From NCBI RefSeq assembly GCF_009834535.1, contig NC_045717.1, forward strand, positions 23,126,001 to 23,190,000: a DNA stretch of 64,000 nucleotides, given 5' to 3'. Source of the DNA: Camelus ferus (lineage: Eukaryota). Within the stretch, counting starts at the first letter, position 1, and every line of letters starts with the position of its first letter. The translations under genes were made by a program, and so were the position numbers. Of the stretch, positions 1 to 8,800 are shown piece by piece. Below the pieces are notes generated by a model. The model searched no databases. It saw only the letters and a program-made list of their open reading frames with translations, and was not told where the DNA came from.

Positions 1-204
1 ATTCAGATGAGTAGGGGGGAACACCCAGCTGGCATCCTGGATTCTGAGTCTGCTCCGATGAGCTGGGGCCTCTGGAAGCACTTCTGAGAACTGGGCTGGG
101 CAACCATCTCCTGGGTGGGCATCTGCCGTAAGCCAGGCGTGCTGGATGCATTTACTGGTCACTACCATGGGGTACTGGGTGATGCCCAGAGTCACAAAGG
201 GAAT

Positions 205-355
205 AAATACTAGTTAAGTTTATTGAGTGCTTCTTAAGTGCCAGGACTCTGCCAAGTGCATTATAGGAATGATGTCATCCAACTGTCCCCACAGCCTCCT
301 GCTGTGGGTCCAGCCGCTCTCCCATTTTACAGTTGAGAACACAGGCTCAGGGCAG
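205..355. mobile_element. MIR SINE remnant
   Basis: TTTATTGAGTGC...GTGCCAGG...CCCATTTTACAG-TTGAG core. Confidence 0.65.
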
Positions 356-455
356 CAGAGCAGCAGCTGTGGCTTTTGGAGCCAGTTGGCTGGCACAGGG
401 CCCTCCTGGGAAGCTCCCTTCTCCCTCTGCCCCTGCCACACCCGAGAGCTCTCAC

Positions 456-1925
456 CGTGGGCACCAGGAGCCCCTGCAGCATGAGGTCACAGATCTTCTG
501 GCCCCGCCGGGTGCCCCGCTGGGTCTCCTGCCACAGCAGCTGGCCCAGCCCCACGTGGCAGAAGCCGTACTTAGTTGCCATGTTCTTGCACTGTGTCCCT
601 TTGCCGCAGCCGGGACCACCCATCACGAAGATGATCAGGGGGGACTTGAGGATGTCTGCAGTGCCAGGGAAAGAGGGAGGGTGAGGGGTTGGCACCTGGA
701 GGGGCCAGTGGGCACCGAGGCAACTGTGTCCAGGGCTTAGTGTGAGTACTTGGTACACCAGACATAGGTCCACTGGCATACCCACTTTTGCCCTAGGGTG
801 GCATCCAGAGGTGCGTGTCCACACCCAGCAGTGTATCCAGGCAATCCATGCTTTAGTGCTGCTGAGGGTTGTGTGGATGAGGATGTGAAACTGAGCAGGC
901 CAGGCCCCTTGCACTCAGCATCTCCTTGAAGCTTCACAATAACCCTATCATCCCATCTTACAGTTGAGGAAACTGAGGCTCAGAGAGGGGCAGGGACTTG
1001 CTCACCCCCTCCAGACTCCTCCCATACCACCCTCCCTTCCTTTACTGCATTCCAGTCCCAGTGGCCTCCTTTCTGTCCCTTGAACTTGCCAAACTCATCC
1101 CTCCCCTACTGTCCCTCCTCATCCTGGCAAGTCCCCACCGCAGTTCTTTCAGGTCTCAGCTCACCCATCATGTCTTCTCTAAGCTCTGTCTAAAGAGCCT
1201 TCCTCCTCATCATTCCTAGTCTCAGAATCCCATTCCCTCCACAGCAATGGCCACACTCAGTGATGATTTTGCCTATTTACTTATTCTTGTCTCCCCAGCC
1301 AGACTGTATACTCCATGAAGACAAGGACTATTTGTCTTCCTTGTCCCTATGTTTCCACTAGTTGGCAGGTTTTCAGACATATAGTAGTCGGCGAGGAATA
1401 CCTGAATGTCCACAACTAGCAGACGCATCTATGGGGTGCTGTAGTTTATGGTGTGATTTTGGCGTCTTGCTTCCCTCCCCCTTTGCTTAGTCAACTTCTA
1501 GTTTACACCTTCCCTCTTCCCTGAGCCCTCAGAGCCACCTGCTCTTTCCCTGCGGCAGCCCTCAGTGGCACCCGGTTCCTCCTGGTTTGTAGATCTCGTT
1601 TTCTGAGGCTGTCTCTTCCACCACACTGTAATCTCCAAGCTGGTCTGCCCCATTCACCGTGAACTGCCTAGAACCCAGCACAGCGGGTGCTCAAGCGGAT
1701 CAGTGAATGGCTGATCCTGAGCATGCGCAGTTGTGTTACTACCACAGTTTGGGAGGAGGAGCGTGTGCACCCTTGGACTTGGTGGGTGGAGTACCTGTAC
1801 TTCTCTCCTGCCCTCCACAGCCTCCTTCCCTTCCCCCCAGTAAGCCAGCCACCCGCGATGTTACCCTTCTCCTGGGGCCTCAGAGGCCTGCCCATCTGGG
1901 GCAGCTTGGACTTGCACAGACCCAT
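456..1925 (-). CDS. Adenylate kinase AK1/AK5-like protein, 5' part only. Exon 1 CDS 1925-1865 (alternative donor gives 1925-1853) and exon 2 655-456. The gene continues off the left edge. It probably corresponds to the human LOC390877 locus.
   Basis: Exon 655-456 (200 nt) has a polypyrimidine tract + CAG acceptor and an ACG|GTGAG donor. It encodes ILKSPLIIFVMGGPGCGKGTQCKNMATKYGFCHVGLGQLLWQE...GLLVPT, with the AK P-loop GGPGxGKGTQC and no indels versus AK1. Upstream ATG at 1925 has strong Kozak context (GGCGGG-ATG-G), reads MGLCKSKLPQMGRPLRPQEK and ends in a phase-1 donor (G|GTAAC) matching the phase-1 acceptor. Exon 1 is less certain than exon 2, and gene versus pseudogene status cannot be settled without the 3' exons. 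Confidence 0.75.
1040..1410. mobile_element. L2 LINE remnant
   Basis: CAGTGGCCTCCTTTCTGTCCCTTGAAC...TCAGGTCTCAGCTCA...GACTGTA motifs typical of L2 3' regions. Confidence 0.55.
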
Positions 1926-2079
1926 CCCGCCAGCCTCCCGTGGGGTGATCGCATCCCAACCCCACCCCGGCCCTGACCCCTCCTGGCTCGGTTCAACGTC
2001 ACAAGGGCCCCTGGCCCGATCATTTGGCGAAATGATGGCGTCCTCCCGGGGCAGAGGAAAGAAATGAACCCCAAAGAAG

Positions 2080-2800
2080 CTCAGGTGGAGCCGCAGCGGT
2101 TTAGTGTGAAGAGGGCCTCGGTTGCTGTGGTAACGCGGCCTGCTTGGACTCACTTCCGGAGTGGAGTGGCGTGGCGCATGCGCACGGCGCTGGAGCCCGC
2201 GGGAAGGGCTAGTTTCTCCCTCTCCTCCCAGGATGCCCGGTTGCCCTTACGTGAGACGTCACGGGGAGGGCGTTCCCACACGTCGTGATCGAGTTATCGG
2301 CGCTATATTTTGCAGTCAGCCAGAGCGCCGGCCGTAGACGGCGCTGCCTTTAGCTCAGGGTCGGCCTCGGCGACGCTGCTAGCCGGAGAGTTTCGCTTGG
2401 CTTCCAGTTTAGGCGACGGCGCAGGCGCAGACGTGGCGGGAGACGCCTCGGAGGCTGACCGCTGACCCAGCGCCGCTCCCAGATAGCTTTTCCCAGGATC
2501 GGCAGCATCCCAGTCTTACGGTCCTCGATCGTGCCCGGAGACCCGACACCTCGAGGGCGGCTTCCGCGGGACGGAGGGACGCGGACCCCGCAGAAGGCGA
2601 AAAGGACCAGGATCGGACCGGACCCCGACCATCGCCCATCTCCCATGGCAGCTCTCGTATGTATGAGGCGAGGCGGTTCTGGGGTCCCGGCGGCGGCCTC
2701 TGTAGCCCCTCACCATCCTGCGTTCTGTCTCCTCAGGGCTCCAGCGGCCAGAATGTCACCGAGTATGTCGTCCGAGTTCCCAAGTAAGTCCCTGACCCTA
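2080..2800. promoter_or_regulatory. CpG-island bidirectional promoter shared by GTF2F1 and the AK-like gene
   Basis: CpG-rich and TATA-less. It contains an X-box GTTGCTGTGGTAAC (2121-2134), ETS/GABP ACTTCCGG (2152-2159), NRF1 GCGCATGCGCA (2174-2184) and a CRE-like ACGTCA near 2256. The two ATGs are 720 bp apart. Confidence 0.85.
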
Positions 2801-5800
2801 CCTGCCCCTCTCCCCCAAAAAGGGATTAAAATTTTAACGAGCTACCAGGCGTGCCTGGCACCTCCTGATTCCCCTTCCAGACTACAGCGACCTGAGGGCA
2901 GAGCTGGGGTTGAGCTAGGCCTCTTTGGGGACAGCGCTGTTTTTTGAACGGAGTGAATGAATGAATAAATGAGTACATTTATACACAGGAGGATTCTTGT
3001 TGATTTGCAAAACCCAGTTCCAGTATTTTACTCCTCCAAGAGGCATTCCCTGACTGCCCACCTCCCTGCCCAGGGCTGAGTTCCCAATAATCCCCACATC
3101 TTGGGGTCCCAGAAATCTCTGTCCCTTTTTCTGAATGGGGTTGGGGGTATGGACTCCACTTCCCTGACAGACTGGGAACCCCTTGGATCTTGTATGAGTC
3201 CCTCGCATTACCGGGCACAAAGGGCTTGAGCCCGGGAGGGTTTACTGAATAAATGATTGAACACTGTCTCTTCTTGTCTATTGTAGAAATACCACCAAAA
3301 AATATAACATCATGGCCTTCAATGCAGCCGATAAAGTCAACCTTGCTACTTGGAATCAGGTAAGTCCTAGTCCTGAGGGAGGTGAGAGACCTGATCCTGG
3401 ACTTGCTGGTTGGAATAGCTTCTTAGTTGTAACAGTAACTAAGGCTTAGGTGCTTAGGTTTGCCAGCTCTCCCCAAGTAGAGATAAGTGATGACTAAAGC
3501 CCAGGCTGAGCCGCTGAGCATCCCTGAAGGTAAGATATACCAGGCCCCGCAGGAGGCTTTCTCCTGAAAGGAGTTGGGTCCACGGATGGGCATCTTGGGC
3601 CTTGATTTATCTGGGCAAGGGAGGGGGCTCCGTCCTACAGATAATGTCAGAGCCCCACTTGTCAGAGGCTCTAGAAAGGACTTTGGGAGCTGTTTTAGTT
3701 CTCTGGGGCTGCTCTAGCAGACCACCAGAGCCTGGGCGGTTTGTGAACAACAGAAATGTATCGCTCCAATTCTGGAGGCTGAATGTCCAAGATCAAGGCA
3801 CCAACAGATCTGGTGTCTGTTGAGGGTGTGCTTCCTGGTTCATAGCTGGTGCGTTTTCACTGTGTCCTCTCCTGGCAAAAGGGGAGGGGGCGCTCTCTGG
3901 GATCCTTTTCGAGGACGCTCATCCCATTCATAAGGCTCTGCACTCCTAATCTAATCATTGCCACCAAATCCCATCACACTGGAGATTAGGTTTCAACATA
4001 TGCATTTTGGAGGGACATAAACATGTATTGATAGCAGAAGTCATTAAACGCATTTTATTTTTGTTTAACGGAGATCCTGGGGATTGAACTCGGGACCTCT
4101 GGCATGCTAAGTATGCCCACTGAGCTATACCCTCCCCACTATTAAAAGATTTTAAACAGGGAGGTTGATCTGGCCACTGTGGGGTCGAGGGCAGTTGACG
4201 GGAGAACAGAGTGGAGGTGAAGGTTCTGGGCCAGGTGAGTCGTGATGGGGCTTGGAGCAAACGGAGGTTATGAGAAGTGGTTGAGTCTTGGAGTTTCTTT
4301 CTCTCTTTTTTTCTTTTCTTTTTCTTTCTCTGTTTCTTTTCTTTTCTTCTTTTTTTTTTTTTTTTTAACTTTGCATTGGAAAGTACTTTCAAACTTTCAA
4401 AAAGCTGCAAAACTAGACACGGTACAAGGCTTACCCCAATTTCTTCCCCTACATTCACCCGATGCCTTTTGGGCCCCGCAGGAAGTTGGCTCAGAGCGTC
4501 CCCAGCTCAGCTGTCGGGGGGCCTGGGGGGTAGTGCCGGGTGTAGAGGAAAGGGCATTTGTTGGCGGGGGCACCCGAGTCGGGGCAGGCTTCCTGAGGAG
4601 AGCTGTTGCTCCCTGCGCCCCCAGGCCAGGCTGGAGCGCGACCTGAGCAACAAGAAGATTTACCAAGAGGAGGAGATGCCCGAGTCGGGTGCTGGCAGCG
4701 AGTTCAACCGCAAGCTCCGGGAGGAGGCGCGGAGGAAGAAGTACGGCATCGTCCTCAAGGAGTTCCGGCCTGAGGACCAGCCCTGGCTGCTCCGTGTCAA
4801 CGGCAAATCGGGCCGGAAGTAAGTGGTGGCGGCGAGTGTGAAGGGTTTCATGTGGGAAGATGAGCCAAGTGGATGCTCGGGTAGGAGCTCCGAGGGCCGG
4901 GATGCAGGAAGCCCGGGTGCTGGCCCCCGGTGCGCACAGCCGCAGCTGGACTCTGGGTGGGCTGGGGCCCGGGGAGCCTGACAGTTGCAGGCAGGGAAGG
5001 GGCCCGGTCTGGTGGGGCACAAAAAGGTGAGGGCGGAGGCCAGGGGGCGGCTGGCAGTGGTGTTTGGGCCCGAGGAGGATACTGGAGGCAAATCCAGAAG
5101 GGTCTGGCTGTAGGACCCGTGCTCTTCACGGTCCTTCCAGAAAGGACCATGAAATCTGTGCTCACACAGTTTGAAGGGCCAGCCCAAGACCTGGGGATGC
5201 AGGTGGGAGGGCTGGGGCTGGTCCCTACTCCTCAGGCCGACCGTAACCTTGAACTCCCTGTAGGTTCAAGGGCATAAAGAAGGGAGGGGTGACCGAGAAC
5301 ACCTCCTACTACATCTTTACCCAGTGCCCCGATGGGGCCTTCGAGGCCTTCCCCGTACACAACTGGTACAACTTCACGCCGCTGGCCCGGCACCGCACGC
5401 TCACGGCGGAGGAGGCGGAGGAGGAGTGGGAGAGGTGAGTGAGCCTGGGCTTCCCTGGAAATGACGGGAAATGGGGGGCATCCCCGTGTCCCAGGCTGGG
5501 AGCTGAGGACTCAGTGGTGACCAAGCTAGACCTCACCAGTCCCTCAGGGAACTCCCTGTCCAGGGGAGAGACTGATTGGAACCATCAGGGACGCACCAGG
5601 TAGTGCAAGATGCAGAGGGGTGGTGGTTGAGCTAAGCGTGGAGCAGGAATGGGCAGAGCAGGGTGGGGTCTCCCTGGCCTGCATGGCTTCCCCCAGGCAG
5701 CAGGTTTCACAGCTGAATCAACTGCTGGTAAAATACATGTAACACACAGTTTACCATTTTTAAGTGCACAGCTCAGTGGCATTGTTACATTCACGATATT

Positions 5801-8800
5801 GTGTAACCATCCCCACCATCATTTCCAGAACTTTCTTATCTTCCTGAAGTGAAACTCTGTCGCCATGAAACACTCACTCCCCCTCCCCCTCCCCAGCCCC
5901 TGGCCCCCACCGTCTACTTACTGTCTCTATGAATCTGACTCTTGTAGGGACCTCGCATGAGTGGAACCAGACACTAGTTGTCGGTTTTTGTCTGGCTTGT
6001 TTCACTGAGCATCGTGTTTTCAAGGCTCATCCACATTGTAATGTGTATCAGTGCTTCATTCCTTTTTTTTTTTTAATTTTATAGTAAAGAGGATGTCAAA
6101 TTTATCATCTTAACCATTTTTAGGTGTACCATTCAGTAATATTAAGTACATTAACATTTTTGTGAAACAGAGCTTCATTCCTGTTTTTTCTCTTCCAGTT
6201 TTATGGAGATGTAATTGACATACAGCCTAAGTTTAAGGCGCACTGCATTAATGATTTCATTTACCTCCATCATGAAATGATCACCACCGTAGATTTAGTA
6301 AACATCCATCATCTCATAGAGATACAAAATTACAAAAATAGACATATATTTTTCCCTTGTGCTGAGAACTCTGAGGGTTTACTCTCAGTAACTTTTATAT
6401 ATAACACGCAAGAGTGGTAATTAATAGTATTAATCGTTAGTACCGATTTATCTTATAACTGGAAGTTTGTACCTTTAAACTACCTTCATCCAGTTCCTCC
6501 TCCTCCCACCTCTGGTGACCACAAATCTGATCTCTTTTTCTGTCAGTTTGGGTGTTTGTTTTTTGAAGTATAATTGACTTCCAACACTGCATTAGTTCCT
6601 GGAGTCCAACATGGTGATTCGATATTTCTCTGCATTTCAAAATGATCTCCAGGATAAGCCTAGGTGCCATCTGTCACCACACAAAAATATTACATCATCG
6701 TTGACTGTATGTACGCTTCACCCCCGTGACATTCATTTTGCAGCTGAGAGTTGTACCTCTTAATCTCCCTCACCTATTTCACCCATCCCCCACGCCTCTC
6801 CCCTTTGGCAACCGCTTGTTTATTCCTTGGATCTGTGACTGTTTCTGTTTTGTNNNNNNNNNNNNNNNNNNNNNNNNNNNNNNNNNNNNNNNNNNNNNNN
6901 NNNNNNNNNNNNNNNNNNNNNNNNNNNNNNNNNNNNNNNNNNNNNNNNNNNNNNNNNNNNNNNNNNNNNNNNNNNNNNNNNNNNNNTTTTGAGTTAGTGC
7001 TTTTGTTTTCTTCGGAAAGATATGCAGAAGTGGGATTTTGGCTGGTATGGTGGTTTTAATTTGGGGGGTGGGTAATTAGGTTTATTTATTTTTAGAGGAG
7101 GTTCTGGGGATTGAAACTAGGACCTCATGCATGCTAAGCATGTGCTCTATACTGAGCTATATCCTCTGCCCACTAGTTTTAATTTTTTTGAGGAGCCTCC
7201 ATACTGTTTTGTATGTAAATTGTATGTAAAATTTNNNNNNNNNNNNNNNNNNNNNNNNNNNNNNNNNNNNNNNNNNNNNNNNNNNNNNNNNNNNNNNNNN
7301 NNNNNNNNNNNNNNNNNNNNNNNNNNNNNNNNNNNNNNNNNNNNNNNNNNNNNNNNNNNNNNNNNNNNNNNNNNNNNNNNNNNNNNNNNNNNNNNNNNNN
7401 NNNNNNNNNNNNNNNNNNNNNNNNNNNNNNNNNNNNNNNNNNNNNNNNNNNNNNNNNNNNNNNNNNNNNNNNNNNNNNNNNNNNNNNNNNNNNNNNNNNN
7501 NNNNNNNNNNNNNNNNNNNNNNNNNNNNNNNNNNNNNNNNNNNNNNNNNNNNNNNNNNNNNNNNNNNNNNNNNNNNNNNNNNNNNNNNNNNNNNNNNNNN
7601 GTCGGTTGTGTTTTTGTTTTGTTAATGGTTTCATTTACTGTGCAAAACTTTTTAGTTTGGTGTAGTCCCATTTGTTTATTTTTGCTTTTGTTTCTCTTGC
7701 CTAAGGAGACAGAGCCAAAAAAAAATTACTAAGACTAATGTCAGAGTGTACTGCCTATGTTTTCTTTTAGAAGTTTTATGGTTTCAGATCTTACATTTAA
7801 GTCTTTGATCCGTTTGTAGTTTATTTTTGTGCATGGTTGAGAGAGTAGTCCAGTTGGATTCTTTCACAGGGAGCTGTCCAGTTTTCTCAACACCACTTAT
7901 TGAAGAGGCTGTCTTTTCCCTGTTGTAGTCTTGCCTCCTCTCATAGATTACTTGACCACAGATGCATGGGTTCATTTTTGGGCTGTCTTCTGTCCCCTTG
8001 GTCTATGTGTCTCTTTTTGTGTCAGTATCATACTGCTTTGATCACTTGTCACATTGTAGTATAATTTGAAATCAGGGTGTGTGATACCTTAGCTTTATTC
8101 TTTTTTCTCAACATTGTTTCGGCTATTTGGGGTTTTTTGTGTTTCCATGTAAATTTCAAAATTATTTGTTACATGAAAAAAGCCATTGGTATTTTGATAG
8201 GGATTGCATCAGCTCTCTAGATTGCCTTAGGTAGTACGGTCATTAACGATACTTTTCCATTTGTTTGTGTCATCTTCAGTTTCTTATAGTTTTCTGAGTA
8301 CAGGTCTTTTACCTCCTTGGTTAGATTCATTCCTAGGTATTTTATGCTTTTGGATGCAACTGTAAATGGATTGTTTTCTTGATTTCCCTTTCTGATAGTT
8401 TGTTGTTACTGTATAGAAATGCAACAGATTTCTGTATATTAATTTTGTATCCTGCAGCTTTGTAGAATTCATTTATTCTAATTGTTTTTTGGTGGCACCT
8501 TTAGGATTTTCTATATATGTAGTATCATGTCATCTGCAAACAATTTTATTTCTTCCATTCCAATTCAGCTTCCTTTCTTTTTTTATTTTTTTCTTGTCTG
8601 ATTGGTGAGGCTAGGACTTCCAACACTATGTTGACTAGAGCTTCATTACTGTTTATATGAATATAAATGAATTCTGCTCCTGTTGTTGGATACAATCCTA
8701 AGGTGCTCTCTAAATGCAATCACATTTTTAAAAACTTTCATCACCACACTAAATGGAAACACTAATCCCTTGGCATTAAAAAGAAGGCATCCATAAACTA

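Larger units (their letters stand above)
5715..8640 (-). mobile_element. Nested L1 cluster in GTF2F1 intron 5: an L1MB-like end, an L1MA-like end, and a longer L1 with degenerate ORF2 remnants and internal deletions
   Basis: Several T-rich L1 3' ends. ORFs 7784-7975 and 8284-8472 are frameshifted reads of L1 ORF2 (GQLIYDK...KINSKWIKDL and FSKVAGYKIN...YLGINL regions). Confidence 0.85.

Noticed and set aside
1687-2067. 126-aa + strand ORF upstream of GTF2F1
   Set aside because: It has a non-ATG start, no recognisable motif, and is antisense to the better-supported AK-like exon 1.
4397-5020. 207-aa minus-strand ORF and overlapping 134-181 aa ORFs
   Set aside because: These are antisense or alternative frames over GTF2F1 exon 4, T-rich low complexity and GC-rich intron sequence.
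6726-7732. ORFs containing long X runs (also near 32.4, 33.6, 56.4 and 62.5 kb)
   Set aside because: They are artefacts of translating N gaps, all of which fall inside high-copy repeats.
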